A stretch of 64,000 nt of DNA. Source: Octopus vulgaris. Taxonomy: Eukaryota. This document shows, piece by piece, positions 40,621-59,890 of this stretch (positions are counted from its first letter, which is position 1; every line of letters starts with the position of its first letter). A program made the position numbers and the translations under genes. The notes under the pieces are model-generated. The model saw only the letters and a list, made by a program, of their open reading frames with translations. It ran no database searches and was not told where the DNA came from. Location: contig OX597820.1 of the NCBI GenBank assembly GCA_951406725.2, forward strand, positions 113,026,001 through 113,090,000, in the 5' to 3' direction.

Positions 40621-40837
40621 TATTACTGTTCTGTACTCAACGAATGCTTCATTCAGAAACATGTGTGTATTGAGCTCTACCCCAGGTTATTAATATCGCA
40701 ATGCCTATGCAAATATACATATATGTATATACATATACACACACACACACACAAACACACAAACACATACACACACACACACACAAACACATGCGCGCAC
40801 ACACATACACACACACACACACACACACATTTATATA

Positions 40838-40986
40838 TATTTCTTTACTGCCCACAAGGGGATAAACACAGAGGAGACAAACAAGGACAGACAAACGAAT
40901 TAAGTCGATTACATCGACCCCAGTGCATAACTGGCACTTAATTTATCAACCCCAAAAGGATGAAAGGCAAAGTCGACCTCGGCGGA
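40838..40986 (-). mobile_element. SINE family B, 5'-truncated
   Basis: tttctttactgcccacaaggg...aaaggatgaaaggcaaagtcgacctcggcgg. Confidence 0.8.
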
Positions 40987-41016
40987 AACACACACACATA
41001 TATATATATATATATA

Positions 41017-41235
41017 GTTCAAATTTACAGAAAACAAAGGACAAAGACAGATGAAGGAACAACAGGTAGGTGTATTAGTTAGATGTTCAGGAAGAATGGA
41101 AAAGATTTTGTGCTTCAAGCCTACGCTCTTCAACAGAAAGTATTAAGAGGGAAAAAAGAGAAGGAATGATAAAAAATGTAGAGAGAAAAACAAATTTCAT
41201 AGGGATTAATAGTTCCACATGACAAAATCGCCAAA
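41017..41235 (-). mobile_element. Solo PLE pseudo-LTR (9650-type)
   Basis: rc ctgttgaagagcgtaggcttgaag; abuts (TA)n. Confidence 0.7.
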
Positions 41236-41343
41236 AGAAAGAGGCTGAGTGAAAGGGAGATAATAATATATGCATATTTTCTTTCCTCCACCTCTATTTT
41301 GTATCATATCTAATTTAACTATTACTTAACTATTACTTACACC

Positions 41344-41391
41344 GTTTCCGATGAAGGGATATAATAAATATCCTGGAAACAGCTGTAAGAC
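41344..41391 (+). ncRNA. Degenerate hammerhead motif (another PLE pseudo-LTR family)
   Basis: gttt-CCGATGA-agggatat aataa atatcctg-GAAA-cagctg-TA-agac, with palindromic helix III ACAGCUGU. Followed by a short tail and (TA)n. Confidence 0.55.
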
Positions 41392-42219
41392 CTTCTATCT
41401 ATAAATGTTCTAAAATCTACTCAGCCTTGGTTTTTTATCTCATTATGAAAAATAAAATTTATATATATATATATATAACAATTGCAGCATGGAAGGTGTT
41501 TATAAGCCATTTAAGAAACACACAAAAACCGTTAGATTCACTTCAACATTTAAATTTAATTTGTCAAAATATTTTTGTCGCTTTGAGACCGCCACCTGTT
41601 CACTGACAAAACTTCATGCCGCATCGCTATGCAAGTACCTCTCCGTAATATATATAGGTATATAAATAAAAAGGAGGTTGTATGATTGTGTATAGAGGGA
41701 TATCTATTATTCAAAGAAATTCCAACTCTGTCTGTATTTTATGTTTTATTTATATTCTTTATAATATTAATGTAGAATTTAGAATATATAGTATAAATAA
41801 TATATATATAGTAAAATGAAATGAAGTATTGATTGTCTTATTGAATAGATGAAATATTGAATATAAAATATTAAGGGACTAGTATACTTTTTTGCATTAT
41901 AGCAGTCTTCAAGGCCCCAGGTTGTGACAGGTGTATACACATATACATATATACATACATACACACACGTGCACACACACATGCACACACACACGTGTAC
42001 ACACACACATACACAGAGAGGCAGGAATAGATGTGGGAGTATAAATGTATGAGTGTGCATATCTGTTTGTGTGTGTCTGTGTGTATGTGAGTGTATGTGT
42101 GTTGTTCAATACATTTCCACACTAACTTCTTTCCCTCTACTTGATTACTTATGAGTTACTACTTTCTTAGCCACACAATAGTCATAAAAGGATTGATTGC
42201 AGCATCTGTTTAAAACCCT

Positions 42220-42620
42220 AGGCATGGCTCTATTGTAAGAAGCTTGTTTGCCAACCACATGGTTCTGGGTTCAGTCCCACTGTGCAGCACCTAGGGCAAG
42301 TGTCTTCTACTATATCCTCAAGCCAACCAAAAACCTGTGAGTAGATTTGGTAGATGGAATCTGAAAGAATCCATTGTATATATATGTTCATGTGTGTGTG
42401 TGTGAGTGTGTGTGTGTGTCCTTGTGTCTGTCTTTCTTCTCCACCACTGCTTGACAACTGATGTTGATGTGTTTATGCCTCTGTAACTTAACGGTTCAGC
42501 AAAAGACACCGACAGAGTAAATACTGGGCTTAAAAAGTAAGTCCTGGGGTTTAACTAAAACCAGTAAAGGCAGTGCTCCAGTATGGCTGCAGTTTGACGA
42601 CTGAAACAAGTAAAAGAATG
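42220..42620 (+). mobile_element. SINE family A
   Basis: Head ggcatggctc...gggttcagtcccact; tail gcagtgctccagtatggc...ctgaaacaagtaaaaga. Confidence 0.85.
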
Positions 42621-43056
42621 GAAAAATAATGTTTAGACAAGTAGCAAGCAATTTTTTTCCATACCAAATGACTGTTTTTATGCTTGGTTGCAAAATTTGA
42701 CCATGCTATCACAAACAAATTAAGTCTGTCAGTTTGGCCTTCCATAGTTTCTTTTAAAAAAAGGGCCTGTGGCCTTCTTATAGAATGTCACCATATTGTA
42801 CAAGTATCTAATGCCATTATACAGCATTTTCACAGCTTTAATTGTTGGTGTATGTCATCATTATCATCATTTTTTCCATACTGGCATGAGGAGGATGGCT
42901 TCAAAGGATCCAGCAAGCTGCAAGGCCATATCATGTTTACATTCGTACATAAATTCATACATGTATGCATACATATAAATATACATATGTAAGTACATGC
43001 ATGCATGCTAGTGTACATACTTACATTCATGCATACATATGTACTACACACACACA

Positions 43057-43753
43057 AGTGACTTTTCTTTCGAAGACAGAACAAAAGAGGCTTATTTGTA
43101 TCCTTTTAAATCCATTCAATTAGGAATATAATGAAGATTTGTTGAGCAGTTCAGGGATTCTCCATTTCAGGTCTCTGGAATGAATGCATATACACAAAAA
43201 CATTTTATCTTTTACTTGTTTCAGTCATTAGACTACGGCCATGCTGGGGCACTGCCTTGAGGAAATTCAGTCAAACCAATCAGCCTCAGGACTTATTTTC
43301 ATTTTAAACCTGGTACAAATTCTCTTTTGTTGAACCACTAAGTTACAGGTTTGTAAACACACCAATACTGGTTGTCAAGTGGTGGTGGGAGACAAACACA
43401 AATGACACAAACACACTCACACTCACACATACACACTCACACATACACACACACACATGCGCTGTAACTTAGTGGTTCAACAAAAGAGAATTTGTACCAG
43501 GTTTAAAATGAAAATAAGTCCTGAGGCTGATTGGTTTGACTGAATTTCCTCAAGGCAGTGCCCCAGCATGGCCGTAGTCTAATGACTGAAACAAGTAAAA
43601 GATAAAATATTTTTGTGTATTTGCATTCATTCCAGACACCTGAAATGGAGAATCCCTGAACTGCTCAACAAATCTTCATTATATTCCTAATTGAATGGAT
43701 TTAAAAGGATACAAATATGTTTCTTCTGTTCTTTCTTCGAAAGAAAAGTCACT
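43057..43753. repeat. ~292-bp inverted duplication
   Basis: Arms 43057-43348 and 43462-43753 are near-perfect reverse complements. Confidence 0.9.
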
Positions 43754-43799
43754 GCTTTTCAAGGCTTTTATGCAACTCTATTGTTACATAGCTCTGTGC

Positions 43800-44700
43800 A
43801 GATATGGTTTTAGGGTCAAATGACTATCCATGCCAGAGATTCTCAGCGATATTTTGTCAATGGAACCTTTTGATTCTTATTTTTACTCTAATGGATCTCT
43901 TAGTCATTCAATGTTTTAAAAAGTCCTATGGTGCTTTTATTATTCAATATTTTTAGGATTTGTATAAAAACAGTTAAACTATTTTGTGAAGTATAAGCAA
44001 TTTATTGCACTTAAATTTTAACAAAATCTGATATGGATCCCTAAGGGCCATATGGACCCCTGTTAAGAATCACTGATCCATACACTATACAAGAGCTGTA
44101 AGTTCCAGATTAATTCATAATAGATGTTCTTTTGTTCCACAACTTTGGACGAGACATTCACATTGGCATGGTATTGACTTTTACAACAGAGTAAGTACCA
44201 TATATGATGTCTCTCAACAATATCAAATATTGTATTTGTACTGAATCCCTGTATTCGTTGGAATATTCTTCCAGTATTCCTTATTTTCAATGGTGCATAT
44301 ACATTTCGGTTCTAGTATTCCTTTCATATGATTGTCAGAATAATTCTTCGTGTGGATTACTTTGCATGTATATTTTTGGCAATGATATCCCATCTCATGC
44401 AAAGATAGTACCTTGTGGACATTTTTGGAAACCTAACGAAGATGAAGATGATATCTTCCTCTATGACATAGCCCAATCGATATTTTCTATTTCAATGCAG
44501 AGTTTTAGAAGCATCCTTATCTTTTCCATTGATCAGGAACTTAGTAGCTGTGTCCTATTTTTTGAATAGCAAAGGCATATCCTTCAAGGTGATATTGGAA
44601 TACATCTATCAGAGGTCTAGGAAAGACTACTCTCCCTATCAATGTTGCTGGCATATTCTAGTTTGCTAGATATGTACTCATGCTGCCATGCCCACATCTT
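43800..44700 (-). pseudogene. Possible decayed L1/Tx1-like LINE ORF2 C-terminal fragment
   Basis: Stop-ridden minus-strand peptides (NVSSKVVEQKNIYYELIW, KCPQGTIFA) of LINE-like composition; no diagnostic motif intact. Confidence 0.35.
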
Positions 44701-44822
44701 AACACTGAAAACATTTAACAAAATGAAAACAAAATAATTAAATGAGTCATTAATGAATTCTCAATCGTTAAAAACAGTACTTCACAAAATATCACCCTGG
44801 GATGATGCCATATGTACATACC

Positions 44823-44888
<66 letters not shown>

Positions 44889-45770
44889 TGCATATATGAG
44901 TACCTGACATCAAAATAACGTAGACAAAATGGGAAACGAGAACATAAAGAACAAAAACATAGAAAACGAACATTTTTTCGAACAACGAAAAAATAAACAG
45001 GGAAACGAGACATGCAACATAAGGGACATTTCCTTCATCAGTTGTCCCTTGTTTTATCTACTCCGCGTTTCAGAAGGTAAGGACAAGACGCAACTTCATT
45101 AAAACAGTCCTTCCCGCAAAGCAAATTAAATAAAATTTGGGATTTATTGCGGAGGGTGAAAACAGGACAGTGAGAACAAAGTAGTAAAAACAAACGGTGA
45201 GGGCTGTTAAGTCAAGACGGTGTGAAGTGGTGAACGCTGGAAAAACGAACTTTGAGAAGAGACAGTTAAAAGCACGTCTTGTCTTTAGGAAGGAAGTGGA
45301 AGAAAGAAAGATGGATGGCCGTTGGTTACGTGTGAGAAACGAGAGAATCAAGGAAGAAGAGTGAGAGAGGGAGAGAGAGGGAACGGTAAAGGGGAGAGGA
45401 GAAGAATAGGGAAAGGGTTGGAGAGAAAAACAGAAAGGAAGAAGAACAAGAGAGGGAGACAGATAGACAGAAAAAAGATAGAATAAGAGTGCGCATCGTA
45501 ATTATTAAGATAAAACTTACTTGGAAAATAATATATAAATATATGTATATATACATACATATATATGTACATACCTACATATATACATGTATATATACAT
45601 GCATATATGGGTACAGGATATCAAAAAACGTAGACAATATGGGAAACGAGAACATAAAGAACAAAAACATATAAAACGAATTTTTTTTCGAACAACGAAA
45701 AAAACAGAGAAACGAGACATGCAACATAAAGAATATTTCCTTCAACAGTTGTTCCCTGTTTTATCTGCTC
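44889..45770 (-). mobile_element. PLE-like element with ~170-bp direct repeats ~711 bp apart
   Basis: 44889-45058 is repeated at 45600-45767, each copy starting next to an (AT)-rich microsatellite; minus-strand CTGATGA and GAAACGCG motifs. Confidence 0.55.
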
Positions 45771-45824
45771 ACGCGGAATAGATAGAATAATACCCTTAAT
45801 GCCAGAAACTTTTCAGCAGCCCCT

Positions 45825-46410
45825 CATATGTCCGCTTGGACTACTGCTCCCAACTATGGTCGCCACACAATATAAAATTCACGGTGGAACTTGAAGCAAT
45901 CCAACGAAGCTACACAAAGAAAATAATCTCAGTGCAACTGAAAGAATTAAAACTCCTCTCCCTAGAACGAAGACGGGAAAGATATGCAGTGATATACATC
46001 TGGAAAATCCTGGAAGTCCTTTTACCGAAATTTGGTATTGAAAGTTATTCAAACAGTAAAACGGGGTACCACTGCATAGAGCCAAAGATCCCTGCATCAC
46101 CATCAAAATACAGAACCAGATACTGTAACAGCTTGGGTTCCAAGGACTCACAGCTCTTCAATATCCTTCCAAAATGCCTCAGAGACCTGCATGGTGTGGA
46201 TGTGTCTTTAAAATAAAACTGCTTCTCTTCTTGTCAAGGGTTCGAGATGAGCCTATCTTACGGCCGATGAGGGCAGCAGCATCAAACTCCCTCATTGACA
46301 AAATGCCGCATGTTAGAGAAGGTTTCAAATAATGGCGTAACATAGTCAACGATGATACCCCATCACGACCGCAGTTTTGAAGCTGAAACATTTTAAAGAA
46401 TTAAAGAATT
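45825..46410 (+). pseudogene. CR1-clade LINE 3' end (RT C-terminus and 3' UTR)
   Basis: LDYCSQLWSPH...LEAIQRSYTKKI...LKLLSLERRRERYAVIYIWKIL; tail ...gctgaaacattt(taaagaat)x2. Confidence 0.85.
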
Positions 46411-46516
46411 AAATATATACATATAAGAAATTGCAAGGTTTTATAATAAAGTCGCAATTGCAACGGTTATTAATCGATGCAGCATAGACATGTGTAGGTC
46501 TATTTGAAGCTGAATA

Positions 46517-46599
<83 letters not shown>

Positions 46600-46656
46600 C
46601 GGAATTAAAGGTAATGCTAACTCTACTTCATGGTAATCTTTATTATTATTATTATT

Positions 46657-47062
46657 GAGTGAGAGAGCAGTGCATGCCATCAAAGTGACACTGGGGTAAA
46701 ATATGCGAAGCCCAGTATACCCATCATGACTACCCGTCCGATAAGGGTACACCAGGCACATGCATCACAACCATATGTGCGCGACATGGTGATCTCATAT
46801 CAAGATAAACAGCACAGTTAGAATATTCTTCTGGTCGAGTAACCCATCCCACTCAAAAGGTCCCTGAATAAGGATTGTTTAAGGATGTTGAACGAAACAC
46901 CCATGTTTCCAAGGGTGAATTATCCAAAACTCTAAGAATTCCTTTCAACACACGGCTATGATGCTCCCCCACTACTTCTGCTCGTGATCAGAGATGCACA
47001 TATCGTCAGCCACTAAGGGACATGCTCAACTGGTTAAGGTCAATCAACTGACAAGCAAATCT
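46657..47062 (-). mobile_element. Family T retroposon, 5'-truncated
   Basis: Same 3' end at (att)n as the other copies. Confidence 0.85.
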
Positions 47063-48960
47063 TGAAATCGTAGTTTAATAATATCGCTGCTCATGTAGTC
47101 ACCTATTAGCAATATAAGCAAGAATTCCTCTTTTCGATCCAAATATCGATAGTAATGGTCGGTATCAGTCTGTAGCAGAAAACTTCTACCGTGCAAAAAT
47201 CTGTGAAATTTTTTCACGGCAAAAATGATCGCTAGAGCTTCTTTGTCTATTTGACCATAATTTTTCTCCGCTGATATCAGAGAACGTGTAGCATGAACCA
47301 CCGTCGCTTTTAATGAGTATATCGTTCAGATATGGAATTGCGAATTCACAGTCCGCTAACATTACATCCATAATCTGTTGAAAAATCACTGGTGCGACTT
47401 TTAAACCAAATGGTAACCTGTTGTACTTATACAGACTTTTATGTGTGTTACCTGTTAGGTATTTCGAGCATTCATCGTCTACTCTAATTCATGGGTACGC
47501 GTCAGAGAGATCCAATTGAGAAAATATCTTTCTACCGTTTAATTTCGCAAAAATATCCTCCAGAGTAGGTAGCGGTTAGTGGCACGTTTTAAGACATTAA
47601 TTTAGACCAGTGGAAAAATCAGCGCACACTCTGATTTTATAATTTTCTTTTCTTAATATACGCAGTTGGTGCTGCCCATTTAGAATATTCCACTTTTTGG
47701 ATAACTCTAATTTTTTCTAGTCTCTCTAGTTCTTCGTTGACTTGCTTCGTCGCTGCGAAGGGTACCATTCGTTTTGTCTTAAATACTGGTATGGCGTTTT
47801 CTTTTATTTGAAAACACGCCTTTGTATTGGTCCACAGACCTAATTCGAACAGAACTTCAGGAAAAATATTTTTTATTTTTTCTTTCAGTTCGTCTGACAA
47901 CTTGTTTTTACTGGAGGAAAAACCATTTACGTTTTTACAGAACAGATTTATGGGGAGATCCCATAAATTAAACACTTCCATCCAGTCAGTACCGAACAAG
48001 TTTGTTGCATTATTTAACACAAAAACTTTTGCTGTCAAGGTTTTACCCCGAAATGTAACCTCAGTTATCATTTCGCCCCCAAAATGTAATTTTTTTCCTG
48101 AGACACTTTACGCAATTTTTTAAGTTTCCATTTTTAAAGTTTCCGATTTTTTGACAGTTAAAACATTTTTAAAATGAAGACCTCCGCACCCATAGCATGG
48201 ATTGGGTCCTGATCTTTGTTTTCCCTTTTTTTTATCCGTACAGATCGACATGCATGTATGTGAGAGTAATCCTTTTCTTCGATTTTATTTGTGTCATATC
48301 GTAGACTAATAATTCTCTGACATTCCTCTGCCACTGTCTATAGAGTCAAATTCTGGTCCTGTTCTAATTTTGTCAATACCCGGCCACGTATTTCTGCATC
48401 TTTGTTTGCAATTAACCCTTGAACAAAATTAGACATTTGAACATGTCCGGGCATAATTTTTTTAGTTTGGATTTTTCGCATTCTCGATTGACGACTCCGG
48501 CATAGGTGATGAAATCATCATCTTTTTTTTTACCAAATTCAAACCCTCCCAGCGAGTATTGAACAGGAAACTTCTCAATGAAAATTTTCGATAACAATTT
48601 AATTGTTTTATCGAAAAAAAAATGTCACATAATTTTTTTGGCAGAATGTAGTTACAGAATTTTTCGTGTTCGGCAGGGGATAATTTTCTTAAAAGTAGCC
48701 GAACCTTTTCATTGTCCGTCTTCGGAAATATGGAGAAAAATAATACCCTCTTCTAAGTTATAACTAAATTCTACAATTGTGTTTGCTACACCGTAGCGAG
48801 AATGAACCTTAAGTATTTTTGGACTTCAATTTTAATTCCAGCAACTGTTGGTATTGTTGTTGTTGTAATTGCTGCTGTAACTGTTGTTGTTGTTGTTGTT
48901 GCTACTGTTGTTGCTGTTGCCACTGCACCACGGAAGCTAATAAGTCTTTCATGTTAACTA
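47063..48960 (-). pseudogene. Ty3/Gypsy LTR-retrotransposon gag-pol remnant with internal deletions
   Basis: RNase H KNYGQIDKEALAIIFAVKKFHRFLHGRSFLLQTD; RT IFQQIMD...PYLNDILI and KWAAP; protease-end NLFGTDW; gag DDDFITYAGVVNRECEK. No LTRs found. Confidence 0.9.
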
Positions 48961-48989
48961 ATTTTTCTTTGATTTTGTATCAAAAGAAA

Positions 48990-49155
48990 ATGCTAACGTC
49001 AGGCGCTGTATGGTCTTTATGTTCTGAGTCGAGATTCCTTTATGATTGACTTTGTCTTTCATCCCTTCGGAGATCGATAAAATAAGTACCACTTGAGCAC
49101 TGGGTCAATGTAATCAACTTTCCCTTCCTCCAAACTAGAGCCAAAATTTGAAACT
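48990..49155 (+). mobile_element. SINE family B, degenerate
   Basis: gactttgtctttcatcccttcggagatcgataaaataagtacc. Confidence 0.7.
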
Positions 49156-49554
49156 AATATACTCATTAGGGGCTCATATAGATTCCCTTCAAAACCAATG
49201 ACTTAAGGTCTTCTTGGATTATCCATTTCCATGTATTCTTGCATTGACTCTTTTTCTATTTCCCTTCTTCTGACATTCACATCATTGCACTCATTGTATG
49301 TCAAGTGGCTGAGATTCACAAAATGTCCCCTGCCAGATAATATTAATGCAGTGTCATGATGTTTTAAAGAGGCTGGTATTTGCTTTACAGAAGGATTCCC
49401 TCATTTATAATTTCATCAAGCCACAAACTAAGGCTAAGAATACATTACAAGAACACCAACATTAAGAACTTTCTCATCAAAATAAAACCACAAACCAACA
49501 AGAACTACAGAACACATACTTCAGACAATCTATGTAAAACACAAATTTTAATAT

Positions 49555-49780
49555 ATGTCTGTCCTTGTTTGTCCTCTCTGTGTTTAGCCCCGTGTGGGTA
49601 GTAAAGAAATAGGTATTTCGTCTGCAGCTACGTTCTAAGTTCAAATTCCGCTGAGGTCGACTTTGCCCTTCATCCTTTCGGGGTCGATAAATTAAGTACC
49701 AGTTACGCACTGGGATCGATGTAATGTCTGTCCTTGTTTGTTCCCTCTGTGTTTAGTCCCTTGTGGGCAGTAAAGAAATA
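49555..49780 (+). mobile_element. SINE family B with duplicated tail
   Basis: Tail tgtctgtccttgtttg...gtaaagaaatagg on both sides of a core. Confidence 0.8.
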
Positions 49781-50739
49781 GGTAGCCTGTAACTATGTAT
49801 AGTAGATTGTGAAGAGGTAGTGGAAGAGGTCAACTGAGCCAACAGTACTTCTTACATTGATGCCGAGCAGAGGAATCATTGGAGATCAACAGTCAGGATC
49901 ACCAAGCTCTATCAAGAGAGAAACTTCAATGCATTCATGGTTGAATAATCAGCCAATGAAAAAGATTCTTTATGTCTCAAGCTCCCAATTCAAATTCATA
50001 ACAATGGGATCGAATAGTGACAGAGAGTCATGTCTGTAAAAGTAGTGAAAATAAAAGAATACAAAACAAAACTAGGAAGATGAAATTAAAATTAATAACA
50101 CTTCCATTATATCTGGAATTGCACCAAGAACTAGAATATTACCCATGAAAGTGTTATAAATAGTGAAATGTAGCCAAAAATTGCACACAGGTACAATATA
50201 CTCGTAATAAACTAAAAGAGTGACTGGTCACTGAAAGTAATTTGGTGTTAATGGTTAACACAGTCTGAAATCTAGTGGCATTGAAGAATTGATCAGTTAC
50301 CAGTTATATGCAAAGAACCTGCAATGGCTAATTGGTTCAGAAGTTCACTTTGAAATTGTGAGGCCCCAGATTTGCTTCCAATGAGAAACATCTTAGAAGA
50401 ATGCTTTTTTTCTCCTGGGAGGGTCAACCCAAGTCTTGTGAATAAAATTGGTTTGATGGAAACCATAAAGAAATTTTTCAAGTGACACGTACATGTAAAC
50501 CAAAGACTCAATGGTGCTACATCTTGGCTCATGTTGATTTCCCCTGAGGGTTACATTAAGGGTATATATATCAATGGAATACTCAACCATCAGTAACTTA
50601 GATGACTTAGATATGTTTCAGTCAAAGATTGGCCCCTGGGCATGTCTAACTTGATAGCATCACCTGATAGGATTTGTTAAGTCATTTTAAAGTCAAGTTT
50701 TGTGGTATCATGACCTATTCAAGTAGGGAGTTGCTGGCT

Positions 50740-51250
50740 GAGATGTATCCAGGTATAGATGCCTTGTCTGGTATCCCTTGAAGAAACCTATCCAGATTTC
50801 GTTTGAAGGTGATGGGATTTTTTTCTTCTTTGATTTATTTTGGAATAATGTTAAAGAGAGCTGGGTTTTCTGAGGAAAAGAAATTGCGTTGCAGTGAATT
50901 TATGTGTTGTGATCCTGAATTGTGGAGGGGGCATATGGCATGTGGTCCCAGCCTTGGATAAATTCTTAATCTAATGTTAATCTTGTTTGGGAAATGCTGG
51001 TGGTATAGTCTCTCCATTGTGCAAATTATGTAGTGCTTGCAGCAGCACTGGAGAAACTGAAGATTCAACTTTTTAAGCTGGCCCCAGTAATCAAAATCAG
51101 TCATACCCTTAATTTTTTTAGTGAATGCACTCCAGGGTAATTCATTTCTTGTAATGTTTTGTTTGATGAGGGGAGACGATAGGGAGCAGCAAATACAAAT
51201 ATCATTCCCATACTCTTTGCTACCCACCATAAAAAAAGATAGGAACAATT
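50740..51250 (-). pseudogene. CR1-clade LINE RT C-terminal remnant
   Basis: AFTKKIKGMTDFDYWGQLKKLNL...RNFFSSENPALFNIIPK. Confidence 0.75.
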
Positions 51251-51701
51251 AATACTTTTATTAAGAATTAATGAGGGGCCCATTATGCAGTCATTCTATC
51301 TGCAAGAAGTAGTAACCAATTTTTTCTCAAATCCACATCCTACACAGATAAACTACTGTAATGTTATTGCAAAATGGCCATGGCCGGAATGTCAAGGACA
51401 TTGGTGTGGTTGATCAGATTTGACCCTCAGTTAAGCAACACTAACTTGAAGAGGTTTTGAAACATTAATGGATTAAGGAAATTATTGATCCAAATCAATA
51501 AATCAATACCATATATGGAAATAAGAAAATTCCTTTAAAAGGATATCAAACATTAGTGCAGCTTTGTTTCCAATATAACACAATCACACACATAGAAATA
51601 CACATGCTCAGAGAGAGAGAGATAGAAAGAGAGAGACAGACAGACAGAGAAACAGAGAGACAAAGCCAAATTTCAGTGAAACATATAAAATTTTCAACTT
51701 T

Positions 51702-51743
<42 letters not shown>

Positions 51744-52306
51744 TATATATATATATATATACGTTCAGCAAAGTTTAGATTCAGATGAATATGGTACTTC
51801 AGTTAAAAGGCACCAGAACTTGGTATGGTATAATCCATATAAATCAAATGGGGTGATTATAATCAAAATAAGCAAAAGAATATCCAAAGTAGAGTAGTAC
51901 AATCACTTCATGCTACTTCATTTAATTAAACAATGTAAGTATTACATCAGTTTTAAAATGTAGAGCACTCTTCAACCACATATAGAATCGTTTAATTAAA
52001 TAGACAATGTTCATTTTTATATTTATTCTATTTGCCAACATTACGAAGAGGGTAGATATATAGACAGAGAGGTTAATTTCATCATTAAGAACATGGTAGT
52101 AGCATATTTGAATGTATTTTAGCTAAAGTTAGTGGAGTAGGGAGAATAGAGACTACCAATGCTCTAGAGATTTCTAATGTTCTTAACCATTTAACAGCCA
52201 TAATTCTCCTTGTGATATTAAATAAATATCCTTTAGATAGTTTTTTTTCCAAAGGATTCTAATATATTTTAGTATCTTATATAGGGATTATATATATATA
52301 TATATA

Positions 52307-58560
<6,254 letters not shown>

Positions 58561-58565
58561 ATACA

Positions 58566-58633
<68 letters not shown>

Positions 58634-58687
58634 TATACATATACATATATGCAAGTATGTATGTATGTATGTATGTATGTATGTATA

Positions 58688-59232
58688 CAGGGTGTAGCAA
58701 ATAAACTGTTGTCTAAATTATGCAAAAATGAAAATAACACTGACATCTCATTTTAACAGATATTGATTGATTGATTCTAGTTTCAGCTCATGAGCTGTGG
58801 CCATACCGGGGCACCGCCATTTACCAAAATTATATAAAATATTTTGAAATGCTAGAGAGTAAATTTATTCAATAAAATCACCATTGGCTTCAACCATGGC
58901 CTCCAGACGACATCGGAAGGAAGCATAACGTCACCATCATTAGTGAACATACCAAACACCATGATGTTTGATTTTTATCACTCTTGGTACATGTCCTCAC
59001 ATTGCACCGAAACACTCTGAAATGTTCATATTGGACTTTCAGGGTCAATGGCTAGCAGTACAGCTTGTTGTTTCCAAATTTCTGGCAGAGTGAATTGCGC
59101 CATGGTTCTGTTTTCCTCACAGATGGTGCCCAACTGACCCTACTATAGCTTGTAGTTGACAAAATCAAATACAAACAATGCGGATGCGCTGAATTAAAAA
59201 TCAGTAAAGGGCAGCAATTTACTCATTGCACC

Positions 59233-59235
<3 letters not shown>
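58688..59235 (-). mobile_element. Internally deleted maT/DD37D-like element with both TIRs
   Basis: TA|CAGGGTG ... CACCCTG|TA; homologous to 6389-7118 (atggcgcaattcactct.ccagaaatttggaaac). Confidence 0.8.
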
Positions 59236-59309
<74 letters not shown>

Positions 59310-59361
59310 AACACACACACATATATATATAATATAAGATATATATATATGTGTGTGTTTG

Positions 59362-59442
<81 letters not shown>

Positions 59443-59446
<4 letters not shown>

Positions 59447-59670
59447 CTTTACTGCCCACAAGGGGCTAAACATAGAGGGGACAAACAAGGACAGACAATG
59501 GTATTAAGTCGATTACATCGACCCCAGTTGGAAACTGGTACTTTATTTATCGACCCCGAAAGGATGAAAGGCAAAGTCGACCTCGGCGGAATTTGAACTC
59601 AGAACGTAACGACAGACGAAATACGGCTACGCATTTCGCCCGGCGTGCTAACGTTTCTGCCAGCTCGCCG

Positions 59671-59673
<3 letters not shown>
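59443..59673 (-). mobile_element. Full-length SINE family B in (AT)n
   Basis: Complete from head to tail; flanked by (AT)n. Confidence 0.9.
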
Positions 59674-59750
<77 letters not shown>

Positions 59751-59790
59751 ATATATACAAACACACACACATATATATATATATAATATA

Positions 59791-59824
<34 letters not shown>

Positions 59825-59854
59825 ACACACACATATATATATATATATAATATA

Positions 59855-59889
<35 letters not shown>

Positions 59890-59890
<1 letters not shown>

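Noticed and set aside
48850-48925. Poly-C/poly-Q ORF
   Set aside because: A (TTG/CTG)n tract within the Gypsy gag remnant, not an independent gene.
51760-52290. Possible decayed PLE end with a minus-strand ttgaagagtgctctacat motif
   Set aside because: The GAAA and helix III parts are missing and no coding motif is convincing.
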